From the IMG/VR virus record IMGVR_UViG_3300008255_000101, positions 64,001 through 128,000 of that record: a stretch of 64,000 nt of DNA. The stretch is one strand, 5' to 3'. The DNA is from a virus. This document shows positions 22,901 through 32,800 of this stretch, piece after piece; the stretch's first letter is position 1, and each line of letters starts with the position of its first letter. Both the position numbers and the translations under genes were made by a program. The notes beneath the pieces are model-generated. The model worked only from the letters and a program-made list of their open reading frames with translations, was not told the DNA's origin and did no database searches.

Positions 22901-24108
22901 CCCGTGGATCCGGACACACCAGTGGGGCCTTGGGAACCTGTGGCCCCCACTCCCGTTGAACCTTGAATGCCCTGAATACCAGTTTCACCCTGGGTACCTA
23001 CACCTGTCTCACCTTGGCTGCCTGCGCCAGTGTCACCTTGGGTACCTGTGCTACCCTGGATTCCTTGGAGACCAGTCTCACCTTGTACTCCGGTAGCACC
23101 TCTTAAACCTGTCGACCCATCCGGGCCCGGGTTACCCGTGATACCCTCAAAACCTGTTAAGCCTTGTATGCCCTCAGAACCAGTTATGCCCTGGAAACCT
23201 GTAGGACCTTGGGAGCCATCAGCACCTGTAAGTCCCGCCGGACCGGCTGGACCAGTAAGTCCCCTTGCCCCCGTGTCGCCTTGTACGCCTTCAATTCCAG
23301 TAGGTCCTTGAAGACCTGTGTCGCCTTGCAGGCCCTGCACACCAGTGTCGCCTTGCAGGCCCTCGGATCCAGTAGCACCCACAGAACCCGTTACGCCCTG
23401 GGTACCTACAGGACCTGTAATGCCCTGATCACCAGTGTCACCCTGGACACCGTCGATACCCGTAGGGCCTTGAACGCCCGTGTCACCTTGTACACCTTCA
23501 GCACCAGTCACACCCTGAGCGCCCGTGGCTCCCACACCGGTGGCGCCCTGTATTCCTGTGTCACCCTTGGCACCCGTAGCACCCTGAGTGCCAGCACCGG
23601 TCTCGCCTTGGAGACCCGTAGCACCCATCAAACCTGTGGAACCGTCGGGTCCTGGACTTCCCGTAATACCTTCGTACCCTGTTAGGCCCTGGATACCGTC
23701 CGCACCAGTTATACCTGAATCACCCGTGATGCCCTGGATCCCTGTAACTCCTGAAGTACCCGCAGGACCCGTCACCCCTTGAGGTCCGGTAACCCCTAAA
23801 CCTGTGTCCCCCTGGGGCCCAGTGGGGCCGTCGCTCCCTATGTAACCGATACCCGTAACGCCCTGTACACCAGTGGGCCCCTGGGGCCCTGTTATTCCTG
23901 GTCCCGTGTAGCTAGAGGAGCCACCTCCAGAGCAAATCCACTCCGTTCCATTGTAATACTCTAAGCAACCTGTAAGTCCGGCAGGGTTCGAAGTGTCCCC
24001 GTGGTAGATTACGTAACCCTCTTCAGCCACTAGGCTATCCCTCTCCGCCGTGGTAAGTACGGGAAGTTGAACGATTCGGCCTTTGTGTTTAATATTCAGG
24101 GTTTTCAT
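19927..24108 (-). CDS. Very long collagen-like fibre protein (1393 aa)
   Basis: About 1150 aa of G-x-y triplets dominated by G-x-T and G-x-Q. N-terminal [10 protein letters not shown]...GYVIY...LEYYNGTEW fibre module and a C-terminal globular domain. Confidence 0.9.
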   Translation of the reverse strand: MKTLNIKHKGRIVQLPVLTTAERDSLVAEEGYVIYHGDTSNPAGLTGCLEYYNGTEWICSGGGSSSYTGPGITGPQGPTGVQGVTGIGYIGSDGPTGPQGDTGLGVTGPQGVTGPAGTSGVTGIQGITGDSGITGADGIQGLTGYEGITGSPGPDGSTGLMGATGLQGETGAGTQGATGAKGDTGIQGATGVGATGAQGVTGAEGVQGDTGVQGPTGIDGVQGDTGDQGITGPVGTQGVTGSVGATGSEGLQGDTGVQGLQGDTGLQGPTGIEGVQGDTGARGLTGPAGPAGLTGADGSQGPTGFQGITGSEGIQGLTGFEGITGNPGPDGSTGLRGATGVQGETGLQGIQGSTGTQGDTGAGSQGETGVGTQGETGIQGIQGSTGVGATGSQGPTGVSGSTGPAGETGPYGPAGETGSPGAQGITGSQGPQGITGEQGTQGSTGLQGITGGSGVQGTTGFNGVQGEQGLTGLQGITGVTGITGANGIQGLTGFRGITGTDGIQGLTGFNGITGNPGPDGSTGLMGATGTQGETGVGTQGETGIQGIPGATGVGATGAQGVTGSEGVQGDTGVQGPTGVDGVQGDTGAQGITGSAGATGSEGVQGDTGAQGLTGVDGVQGDTGLQGLTGIEGVQGDTGARGLTGPSGPAGLTGAEGAQGPTGFRGITGVDGVQGITGFEGITGNPGPDGSTGLMGATGVQGIQGATGVRGIQGATGVQGIQGATGVQGATGVQGIQGATGSQGLTGVQGETGVQGETGIGTQGETGTQGIQGSTGVGATGSQGPTGIQGTTGSQGVTGPYGPAGETGSPGAQGITGSQGPQGITGEQGIQGETGLPGITGLMGITGASGNQGVTGTQGNTGTQGITGIRGITGASGVQGITGQQGVAGEQGTTGTDGVQGITGDQGPQGDTGFGGITGTQGLQGATGAAGVQGITGIAGVQGTTGANGIQGVTGTDGAQGITGEKGSQGDTGFDGITGLQGLQGVTGTQGIAGTQGITGTNGVQGLTGFRGVTGADGVQGITGTDGVQGITGADGTQGITGAEGTRGVTGLDGVQGITGSQGITGLQGITGLRGTTGANGVQGSTGTQGVTGTQGIQGITGAVGVQGVTGSQGVQGLTGANGIQGVQGITGANGTQGVTGEDGLTGSVGPDGATGYQGITGNAGPDGSTGLMGVTGVQGATGAQGVTGVQGIQGVTGLIGATGIQGETGSQGETGPVGQGPRPRDYVLSGMMGQASSTLGYFSIQSGNANPFGAPLTHSSIQFQDGGVHPYVTPFGWKLVAAYGHIARCAVAQGTVGTSPKIRIELFVLDGTSRTSIGSIDLDINPTLCGIYNNLGTTAYQEVSAVGITGITGNANDMIGWQFTNLGSNNNQINAAARFMLNLVFESTDPETP
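20450..23905 (-). repeat. Collagen-like coding repeat with higher-order duplications
   Basis: GPDGSTGL(M/R)G recurs five times and a ~1.1-kb block is duplicated. Boundaries approximate. Confidence 0.85.
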
Positions 24109-24150
24109 GTGCTATCGCTAGGGTACGGGTTCATGCCTTGCCCCATGGCG

Positions 24151-24163
24151 ATTAGTACATTAT
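24151..24163 (-). promoter_or_regulatory. Putative late promoter motif (variant)
   Basis: ATAATGTACTAAT upstream of the fibre operon. Confidence 0.55.
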
Positions 24164-24197
24164 AGCGGTAAGCCCCCGTGTTTAGTGGGGTTGTGGG

Positions 24198-25307
24198 CTA
24201 CCTAGCGTACACCCAGAGTTTGTATAGAGCCAGGCTCGTGTCGATATTTATCTTGACCACATCGTCCGATGTATTGGACCAATCGAAAGACCTTGTCCTT
24301 ACTCTCATTTCGGAAACAGAGCTATCGTGAGCGGTGGAATCCATCCTGAGATTACGGGGCCTTCCGTGCTTTGTGAGGCACCCCTGTATGAGAGTTTCAC
24401 CCAGTATGCCGAAGTCCGCCAAGTTAGGTTTACCGTCATTAACTGAGTCGTTACCTTCCGCCGTGTTGTTGGTGGTGTACAACATAGCACTAGGGTAGTT
24501 GGTATCGTTGCTGTCGTCATTAAAGTAAAGATGGACGGTGGCTAGCGAATTGTTTGAAAAATGGGAGCATTCCACTTTGATATTGCTATAAACTGAGGGG
24601 TCCCAGGTTATGGATCTCTGCGTCGTCTCTGGAGCACTGAGGCTGCTGAAAGAATCTAGGAGTACCCAGTCGCTAGGGGGAGCTGCCGGCGCGGATGCTC
24701 CCGTGGCACCTTGGGCGCCATCGATACCGTAGATACCACCTGGGGTGGGCAGGTATCCTGAGGTGGACACAATTGTTAGGTGCCAAGTCCCCACTATAGG
24801 GGTTCCGTCAACTAGAGACACTTCCACATTGTAGAGGTCCGCAGCACGTATCTCCGTGGGAAGAACGAGTTGGTTCAAATTATCGTACACCTGGACAATT
24901 ACTGATTCAGATCCCAGGTTGTGGTACACGGGTAATATGTCATTAACAAGGTCAGCCTGTGTGAAGGACCTAGCGTAAGAACCTATGCTATTGCAACCAC
25001 CCGTCTGGGAGATCAAGGTCACTCGCCAGGTTCCGGTTATGGGGGTACCGTCCACCAGAGAAACATCAACGTCGTACCCGTCGTTAATAATTATTTCAGA
25101 CGGCAACACTAACTGGTTGTTTTCATCGTACACCTGCACAATGACATTCTCGGTGCCAAAAGTATGATGCACGTTCACTATGTCGTCGACCAGGTCAGCT
25201 TGAGTGAACAGCCTAGTGAAAGCGCCTACACCGTCCCCGGCACAACCCGTATAGCCACCACCTCCACCACCGCCGTATGCCGGGCTCTGTACGAATCCTA
25301 GCATCAT
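24198..25307 (-). CDS. Fibre/appendage protein with two tandem beta domains
   Basis: Two copies of FTQADLV.DI..V.H..G.E.VIVQVYD..NQLVLP.EI...VSLVDGTPI.GTW. Confidence 0.7.
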   Translation of the reverse strand: MMLGFVQSPAYGGGGGGGYTGCAGDGVGAFTRLFTQADLVDDIVNVHHTFGTENVIVQVYDENNQLVLPSEIIINDGYDVDVSLVDGTPITGTWRVTLISQTGGCNSIGSYARSFTQADLVNDILPVYHNLGSESVIVQVYDNLNQLVLPTEIRAADLYNVEVSLVDGTPIVGTWHLTIVSTSGYLPTPGGIYGIDGAQGATGASAPAAPPSDWVLLDSFSSLSAPETTQRSITWDPSVYSNIKVECSHFSNNSLATVHLYFNDDSNDTNYPSAMLYTTNNTAEGNDSVNDGKPNLADFGILGETLIQGCLTKHGRPRNLRMDSTAHDSSVSEMRVRTRSFDWSNTSDDVVKINIDTSLALYKLWVYAR

Positions 25308-25930
25308 TAGTAGTGCACCACTATCCTTACGTCGGCTATGTCGCCGTCGGTTATGATGGAGACTCCGTTGTCCTTAGAAAGATTTCTGAAGATGGTGTAG
25401 TACACCAAGGGGTATACAGGCATGCTCTTGGTTACCGTAGCGTCCACTCCCGTTATATCCACGTAGACCACTGCAGTCTTGGCCGCATTGGAGTTATTGA
25501 ATATCTCCATGAAGGTCACATCGTGTGTGAACTTGATGCGGGTAGCATTTGAGTTTGCTACGTGAGTGGATATATTCTCTGACGCTGTGATGGGACTGTT
25601 TAGGGCCCCCGCGTCGGCCATCTGGTCCGCGATGTAGGGAATCAACCTAGGTGTACCCAAAGACGATTCAACCGAGGACCCGTCTACCGAAGTGATGGAC
25701 AGGTAGAAGGTGTCGCCCTCGGTAAGGCCTATTTTGGCTCTGTTAAAACTCGCAGAGGTGGCCCTCTTACCAAAAGTTCCAAAATTAGGGATGTTGTCCT
25801 GCAGCAAGTTAAAAGTTCCCGCAGACCCTGTGGGGGACCAGTACAGCCTAAATTTTTTCGCACCAGGAAGTAAGTCCCAGTACACTGTGATCTTTTCGGA
25901 ATTCTCGTGGAGCTGTATAGCGGGCAACAT
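25307..25930 (-). CDS. FN3-like structural protein
   Basis: ITVYWD..PGA..FRLYWS...FYLSITSVD..VES FN3-type pattern. Confidence 0.65.
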   Translation of the reverse strand: MLPAIQLHENSEKITVYWDLLPGAKKFRLYWSPTGSAGTFNLLQDNIPNFGTFGKRATSASFNRAKIGLTEGDTFYLSITSVDGSSVESSLGTPRLIPYIADQMADAGALNSPITASENISTHVANSNATRIKFTHDVTFMEIFNNSNAAKTAVVYVDITGVDATVTKSMPVYPLVYYTIFRNLSKDNGVSIITDGDIADVRIVVHY

Positions 25931-25972
25931 AACTAATCCCTGTTTTGTTATCTGTGAAACAGGATGGGCCCC

Positions 25973-25985
25973 ATAAGGAGATTAT
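25973..25985 (-). promoter_or_regulatory. Putative late promoter motif (variant)
   Basis: ATAATCTCCTTAT upstream of 25930. Confidence 0.55.
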
Positions 25986-25987
25986 CC

Positions 25988-26425
25988 TTAGTGGATGTTC
26001 TTAGCCTTTTCCTTTAAGGCTTTGAGCCGACGTTCGTCGATCCCTGCCGAGTTCTGGGAGTTCTCCTCTTTCTCCACGTATTTCTTGAACTTAGTGGAGT
26101 CCTTGAGTCCGTTGTCCTTAGCCAACTGCTCCGCTTCTTTCCATGAGGAAACCTCTTGGCCGTTCACATTGGGGACCAACTTATTTTTACCACCGTATCT
26201 CTCAAGTTGGCGTATCTCCAGCTGAGCGTTTTTCTTCTTACGAAGGCGCTCTTGCTTTTGGTACTTACCTACTGTGGTAGCTTTAACGAAAGAGCCCGTA
26301 CCCCCTGATAGCACACGCCTCATAGGTTCTTGGCACTCCCCACATTTGAACTCGGGGTCCTCAGTCATTCCGTGCGTCTTGGCAGCTGTGTGCCCGTTTT
26401 CACACCGGTACTGGTATAAAGGCAT
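25988..26425 (-). CDS. FmdB-family zinc-ribbon protein
   Basis: MPLYQYRCENGH...CGEC..PMRRVLS. Confidence 0.8.
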   Translation of the reverse strand: MPLYQYRCENGHTAAKTHGMTEDPEFKCGECQEPMRRVLSGGTGSFVKATTVGKYQKQERLRKKKNAQLEIRQLERYGGKNKLVPNVNGQEVSSWKEAEQLAKDNGLKDSTKFKKYVEKEENSQNSAGIDERRLKALKEKAKNIH

Positions 26426-26435
26426 CTTTGGCCTC

Positions 26436-27755
26436 CTAGCTTATTTTATCTTTGATTACTTCGTACGCCGTGTTTATCAAGTTCACAGGTACACTTCCGA
26501 ATTCTTTTTTGTACTCCATCAGTAACAGGATCAGGATATCAGGAGAATTCGAAAATTCTTCTAATATCAGTTCCTGGGTCCTGGGGTCTTGCGTTGCAAA
26601 ATCACCGGTAACATAATCTGCCACTTGGTGCTCTTCCATACCGTTGGCCTTAAGGAGTTTAAGACCGTCATTGTACACTTGGCGGTGCATCTCGGCATCT
26701 TCAAGAAACTGTTTAAGCTTGGTTTTGCGATCCACATGGAACCTTTCCAAAACATCCATAGCTTCTTCGGGTACTTGAATATCCTTGATGTCCAGCAAAT
26801 TCTCTTTGACCTCGTCAGAGTACGCTTGGTCTACACCCATCTCAGTTAAGTGGGTAGCCACGGCATACACGTGCTTACAAAACGTCAGATTCTTTCCGCG
26901 ACCACCGTTAGTCACTTCACGGGGTTCGATAATTTGTGGCCTAAACATGGGCATGTACATGTAGTTGTTTTTCACAGCGTAGTACTGGGGACCCCAAAAC
27001 AAAAAGGAGTTACAGTCGCAAGCCAACTGGCAAGGATGGTCCAGTAAATTGGTGGTAGGGCCTGAGGCCTTGAGGAACTGTATCTTAACTACATGGCTCT
27101 CGTCGTCACCGGACACCTCAAATTCGTACAGTCCGTGCTTCTCCTGCTCAGGGTCGTTTCGTTTTCTGGGTTCCAGGGATCTTCCGCGAGTCTTGAACTC
27201 ATCAGTTTTTTCGTGCTTACTTGAACCCAAAATCTGATGGATATTCTTAGAAGCAGTTTTGATGCCGGCTGTTTTTAAGGACGCCTCCAAATTTGACACG
27301 TTGACGTCCTCGCCGTACAAACCGCTACCCCATGGATTACCTGTGGCCTCGTCCTGCCTCTCACGTGCAGCCCACCACCACTTAAGGGAAGTCTCCGGGG
27401 TAGTCTGCCTATCAAACTTATTGAACTCGATAGGGAAGCTCATCGCGTCCCCGTCAGACCTGTAGGAGTCGTTCTCGTTAGCAGGAGGTACATCCTGGGT
27501 CTTGTTCATACTGAGAGCGTCGTTCACGCCGTCCAGCAGATTAGGTCCTACATCGCCGTCCCCACTAGGGATATCCTTTACAGGTACCTTGCCCTTGTTC
27601 TTTTCTTCCACGTGGATATTACCCGGCGCGTTCTGGTCGGTATCCTTTCCGGGGAGATTCTTACGCATCATGTAGTCCATCCAGGGGATGTCCAAGCTCT
27701 CTTGGTTATTCCCTAGGTATTGGGCTATGATTTCTCTGGTAAAGTCTTTCTTCAT
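26436..27755 (-). CDS. SWIM zinc-finger protein with long N-terminal extension
   Basis: CDCNSF...CKHVYAV SWIM signature. KTA motifs precede the domain. Confidence 0.75.
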   Translation of the reverse strand: MKKDFTREIIAQYLGNNQESLDIPWMDYMMRKNLPGKDTDQNAPGNIHVEEKNKGKVPVKDIPSGDGDVGPNLLDGVNDALSMNKTQDVPPANENDSYRSDGDAMSFPIEFNKFDRQTTPETSLKWWWAARERQDEATGNPWGSGLYGEDVNVSNLEASLKTAGIKTASKNIHQILGSSKHEKTDEFKTRGRSLEPRKRNDPEQEKHGLYEFEVSGDDESHVVKIQFLKASGPTTNLLDHPCQLACDCNSFLFWGPQYYAVKNNYMYMPMFRPQIIEPREVTNGGRGKNLTFCKHVYAVATHLTEMGVDQAYSDEVKENLLDIKDIQVPEEAMDVLERFHVDRKTKLKQFLEDAEMHRQVYNDGLKLLKANGMEEHQVADYVTGDFATQDPRTQELILEEFSNSPDILILLLMEYKKEFGSVPVNLINTAYEVIKDKIS

Positions 27756-27773
27756 ACTAAGGGGTTAGACCTT

Positions 27774-27786
27774 ATTTATAGATCAT
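27774..27786 (-). promoter_or_regulatory. Putative late promoter motif (variant)
   Basis: ATGATCTATAAAT, 19 nt upstream of 27755. Confidence 0.45.
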
Positions 27787-27818
27787 AAAAAGCAGCCCCT
27801 GGACGGGGGCTGCTTTCT
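27787..27818 (-). terminator. Rho-independent terminator
   Basis: AAAAAGCAGCCCC-loop-GGGGCTGCTTT. Confidence 0.75.
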
Positions 27819-27848
27819 AGTGAAGGGCATAAGACAAAGGGAGGAGTC

Positions 27849-29117
27849 CTATGCCAAGGCACTAATTTGTTCTTTGGCAGCTTTACGCACGGACCAATGG
27901 GACTTAACATGTACCCGGATGGCTTCCAGGAGAGTGGGGTCCTTGAATGTCTTGACGTAGGCCACTTTGGACTTGTAGTCGATATCAGACCACTTCTTAC
28001 CTCCCACTACCAAGTCATTGACGTCGGAGACAGCCACTGCAGCAGGAGTGGGATCCTTGGGTGCCTGTTGTTTGGCCTTGAGACGGGCGGTTGCTTCATT
28101 CTTCTTCAATTGGAAGTCGTCAATCCTCTTGCGAGGAGTTTGCTCCTTCTCGTTTATGCCGGAAGAATGGGTCTTCTGCAAGATTGGAGCGTCTTGCGCC
28201 TGCCTGGTGGTACTGTCCAGGTTAGTGAGACTCTGGTCTTTCGAAGGGGGAGCGATAGCGGATGACTCCATGGTCTTTGACGAGGGCCCTACGGCAGGCT
28301 TACCCATACCCTCACCTTCGTCCACCACCGTGGTCACGGCTTTTGCTTCAAGGGTGGAACCCTGGGTACCTAGGCCGGCATTTTTGGAAATCAATTTATC
28401 GAAACCTTCCTCACTCTTGGGAGAAGAAGCGTCCAACTCAATGGTCATCTTGGCGGGAACCATCCTACGCATAGGGATAGCTTCGCCGTCCACGGGGGGA
28501 GGATTCTCCCCTCTGTTCTCGATGAGGGCCTGTTGCTTGGCGGATACAGCCCGGGCACCCATCTTAATGGCACCCTCATTATTGGAGCTCATGGCCACTG
28601 CTTCGCGGTTACCCTTCAAAGGTGCCACGATTTCCATATCTTCACCCATGATGACACCAAGCTTCTGGCGTTCCGTGGATACAGAGGTGGAGTGGTTCTG
28701 GCGGGATCCGGCATCGTCGAAGGCGGTCTTGCGTACGGTGTTGCCCTCAACCGTCTCCACGGGCATTCCCCGTTTGGCGGAGGACCCCTCGACCATGACG
28801 AGATGGCCGTTGTTATTACTGGAGGCAACCGAAGTTGGGGCCACGTTTTCAAACATTTCCTGTGCGGCAGGAGCCTGCGTAGGAGAGCTGGTCTCGTACA
28901 TAGGTACTTCTTCCGTTTCCCCCACAACTCGTAACCACCCTTCTCGGATAGCTGCCTTAAGGGATACAGAGGCATCACGAATGCCATTGTACTCTACATT
29001 GAACCCGTCGTAGAAAAGAACCTCTCCCACTTTTGTGGAAAGGCCCATTGACAAAGCGGGGTTATTGATGAGGGACAGAGTGAACGCCTCGGTCACCAGG
29101 TATTTCTGCATGGACAT
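27849..29117 (-). CDS. Hypothetical, largely low-complexity protein
   Basis: AGGAG RBS. Globular ends with a disordered-looking centre. Confidence 0.6.
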   Translation of the reverse strand: MSMQKYLVTEAFTLSLINNPALSMGLSTKVGEVLFYDGFNVEYNGIRDASVSLKAAIREGWLRVVGETEEVPMYETSSPTQAPAAQEMFENVAPTSVASSNNNGHLVMVEGSSAKRGMPVETVEGNTVRKTAFDDAGSRQNHSTSVSTERQKLGVIMGEDMEIVAPLKGNREAVAMSSNNEGAIKMGARAVSAKQQALIENRGENPPPVDGEAIPMRRMVPAKMTIELDASSPKSEEGFDKLISKNAGLGTQGSTLEAKAVTTVVDEGEGMGKPAVGPSSKTMESSAIAPPSKDQSLTNLDSTTRQAQDAPILQKTHSSGINEKEQTPRKRIDDFQLKKNEATARLKAKQQAPKDPTPAAVAVSDVNDLVVGGKKWSDIDYKSKVAYVKTFKDPTLLEAIRVHVKSHWSVRKAAKEQISALA

Positions 29118-29199
29118 CTGGGTGTCTCCTTTTTGGGATCTGTTATATCCTACACATAGGCTAAAAAGTCTACGTACGTGTGCATATGGGGTACCCCGG

Positions 29200-29212
29200 A
29201 TTAGGAGATTAT
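29200..29212 (-). promoter_or_regulatory. Putative late promoter motif
   Basis: ATAATCTCCTAAT. Confidence 0.65.
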
Positions 29213-29233
29213 CAGATATTCAAAAAGGACGGA

Positions 29234-29794
29234 TTACAATTTAGCGTATGGCGGGGCCACAGCTTCTTTTTCTTCGGCCAGTATGGTTTCCAAATCATCC
29301 TGATGGCTTTCCTCATCCACCAAGATGTCTTGGAGGATGTCTGCCAAACCGTACTCGCCCAGGGTAAGTGCCTGAGCGATACGTTCTTTGTAACGGGCCA
29401 CGGCTGTCTTCTCGTCCACAAGGTCAAGTTCCAGCATCTGTTTAGCACCTGGTGCCAACTTCACATCACCCACGCCTACAGCTGGTACGCCGCCCATGTA
29501 GTTTATGCGGTCGGCTAGGGAGGAGGCGTGGCCTATTTCTTCCATCCCGTGAGTCTTGAGTTCATCCCTGAAGCTGTCGTACTTCCTGCCCTGCGTACGG
29601 GCATAGTGCTGGAAGTATTGGAGGGCTGCCGTGTACTCGAGAATGAGATCCTCATTCAGCAATTCGATCAACTGGCCCTTACTGACTAATGGGGTGGGGA
29701 TAGCAGCCTGGGGGATGGAGGCCGACTTAATCTTTTCTGTTTTCTGATTTTCGCCGAAAATACTAGCGAACACAGAACTGGCGGTTTTTTGCAT
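29234..29794 (-). CDS. Ferritin-like (bacterioferritin-type) diiron protein with N-terminal extension
   Basis: LNEDLILEYTAALQY, EEIGHA..LADRI..MGGVP, DEKTAVARY and ILVDEESH are ferroxidase-centre patterns. GGAGG RBS before MQKTAS at 29794. Confidence 0.85.
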   Translation of the reverse strand: MQKTASSVFASIFGENQKTEKIKSASIPQAAIPTPLVSKGQLIELLNEDLILEYTAALQYFQHYARTQGRKYDSFRDELKTHGMEEIGHASSLADRINYMGGVPAVGVGDVKLAPGAKQMLELDLVDEKTAVARYKERIAQALTLGEYGLADILQDILVDEESHQDDLETILAEEKEAVAPPYAKL

Positions 29795-29804
29795 GGGGCC
29801 TCCG

Positions 29805-32800
29805 TTAGAATAGGCTCTGTTGGTTTGGGTCACCCTTAGGTGCTTTCACAGCGGGGCCCGGGCGGTAGTTTTCTTTGAATGGGTTTCCAAATGGACGAGG
29901 GGGAGCAGGGATATGTACATCCTTAATGGTGTAGGCACCCTTGTTGTACAGATCAGCAGTCACTACTCCTATCTGGGGTACGTGGGCCCTGGCCAGGATC
30001 CTCCCTATGGCACCCCTAATGGCAGTGGCATCCTTCCTTCTTGAGCTATCTATGCTCTCGCTTCCCGGATACCCATACACGGTCAGTTCACTGCGGGCGG
30101 GGACAGACGCTTTCTTGTTTAGAAAAGCTTCTACCACCCGGTTAACCAGCGGTGATGACGCTGTCTTTACCACTGGGTTACTTTCTTTCATATGACTTCC
30201 AAGATCCTTGATCATGGAATCGTATTCTTCAACTAACTCGGGGTCCCTGTCGAAGTCTGTTTTGTCACCAAGGGCCTTTGCGAACTTATCGAGACTTGCT
30301 AAAAAAGACTTTTTATTGACGCCATCGTTACGGCCTACAAGGGCCTTGGCGCTGCGTAGCAAATCCTTGGCCTCTGACCCTACACCCATACCCGAAAGAA
30401 CCCCGTCACCCATGTACTCGGACTTCCCGTACTGCAGGTACATGGCCACTATGTCAGCTACCTCGTACAAGTCGTCAGGGACCTCCAGCAATGCTGTGTG
30501 TACCTCGTTTCCTAGATCCCTATGCTCATCGTTGGAATCATCGGGAACCTTTTCCTCGGCGGGCTCAGACTGAGAGGGCTCTATCTTAGGATCCTCAGGG
30601 GCCTTGAGTCGGGTCCATATGTTAGCGCTTTCCTGCACTATGCTATCGGTGTTCAATATTAGTTTGGCGCCCTGAACGGATTGCATAGCCTTGGCCTTGC
30701 TACGGATCTCGTTAAGTATGCCCTTGATCTGGTCGAGCTCCGAATTAATCCCGTCACCCAACTTGCCCAGCAGGGACTCTACTTCTTCCACAGACTTTAT
30801 AGATCCGCGGTTATCGAAAAGGTACTTCATGAGTCCCTTAACCTGATCACCTATGTCACCAACTAATTCCTTATTGTCCAGAACTTCCCGAGCTTTTACC
30901 AGGGCCTTACTAAGGGCACCGCGAGCGAAGTCTAAGGCCTCCTCAGGGTCCTCTTTTTTGGCTACAAAGGCTTCAACCCTTTCTAGGTAATCCACTATAG
31001 CTTCCGCTTTCTCCACATCCCTCGTGCTGGGGACTTCAGGGGAGGCGCTTCCGGGTTCTTCCACCAAAACCTCAGCTATGGCTTCTGCTTGGGTTTCGTC
31101 CTCGGGCAGGACCTCGCCTTTCTCCTCAATCCTATCGGCCAATTCCTGTAGCATTTTACTGGCATTTTCTGGAGTCACTGGGTCAGAAACTTCCGGGGTA
31201 GCTGGTTTTTCCCCAGTACCCGCCGGCTTATCGGTGACAGTCCCACCTTGTTCTTTTTCATCAGCCTTAGCCCTGGCTGCTTGCTCCTTGGACCTCTTCA
31301 AAAAATCCTTATAGAAAGCTTCACCCCAAGCCTTAAGCTTATCTGCGGCGGGAGTTACCTCGCTGACCACATCAGCAGGAGTCGTCACACCGGGGCGAGC
31401 ATCGTACAAAGCCTCGTCAAGGGCATTATAAAATGCCGAGAAGGGGCTGTGTTTGGATTTGATGATAGTCTCCAACACACGCGGACGATTTAGAACATCC
31501 TCGCTGAAATCTAATCTGTTACCAAGCTTGGACATGACCTGGTCTAGCGTACGGGAAAGCCACGCTTTGTCCACCTTACCGTTCTGCCTATACCAAGCCT
31601 TCATGGTACCGTTGTGGTAGGATCTGAAACCACTAGTGAAAGAACCCTTCTGACGAATCTCGTTAACCAGGTTCTCCCGATCGGGCGCTACTGGGGAGTT
31701 TGGTCCCTTCTCACCCATTTCTTCGGCACTGTAGCCCCCGTCACCCTGCTCTTCGTTAGCGGGAGCCTGCTCTTCAGGTTTGCCCTCTTCCGGTGCTTCG
31801 GTATCCTCTGGTTTGGAGTCCTCAGGTTCTTCCTTAGCCTTGGCAGGTTCGGTACTGTCGGGGACTCCAGCAGTCTCCTTCTTAATGGAGTCGTGCAGAC
31901 TTTTCAGTGCTTTGTACAGGTTGTCCTTACCGTCCAGTATCAATTCGAAGTAGGTATCCGTGACAGCTTTGGACCACTCTGGAGAATCCTTGTATTCCTG
32001 AAGCGCCCGGAGGTACGAATCGTACGTACCTAAAAACTCTTTCTTGAGATCGGGTAGGGAACCTACAAAATCCCCTTCGGCGGCGGTCTTAACTAAATCT
32101 TCGAACTGGCGAAAGCGGGACTCAAAAGCCTTGCGGTCAAAGGACCCGTCTGCTTTGAATCCAAATTTTTCTAAGGAACCCTTTAACCGGCCACTCCAGT
32201 CACTCCCCACCACTCTAGTGGTGGCGTCCTCAACAACCTGGTCAAACTTCGCACGGTCAGGGCTTCCCTCAACGGGCTTCTTCTTTTCAATGACCTTATT
32301 AATTGCCTGGGATATTTGTTGGATACCGTCGGTACCTATCCACTGAATCTTCTTTTTCTTCTCTTCCGTACTTACGGGTTTGCCTTCGGGCTCCTTGGCA
32401 CTCTCGTTGCCAAACACCTTGACCAGTTCCTCCAGAGATGTTACCAGCCCGTCCTTATCCATCAAAGAATCGTAGACCAAACGGTACAGACCGTCCAGGT
32501 ACGAGGGGTCTTTTTCATTTTTGAGGTCCTGGACAGCTTCCTTTAGGAAAACAGGAGACTCCTCCAGAAATTTAAGAACCTTGGGGCCGATCGCATTGGC
32601 CCTAAATTCGGCGGCGAACTTGGTTAGGCCCATGAACTGATCGTGGGTAGATCGGTACCTCTTACCATCGTAATGAGGCCACAAACCATGATTTTGGAAC
32701 ACGTTCGTGATTCTAGTAAAATTCTGGATCAGGGACTGGGTGATCTCTTTGTACTGGCGGGTCTGCTCAGGGGTCATGCCACCACGTTCCCCGTTTGCCA

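Noticed and set aside
17340-23782. Many plus-strand and alternate-frame ORFs (Pro/Val-rich)
   Set aside because: Shadow ORFs of the collagen repeats, with no RBS or independent signal.
13375-23905. Tandem repeats as a CRISPR array or non-coding satellite
   Set aside because: Periodicity is 9/18/27 nt, in frame with G-x-y coding and degenerate at third positions. There is no repeat-spacer structure and no cas gene.
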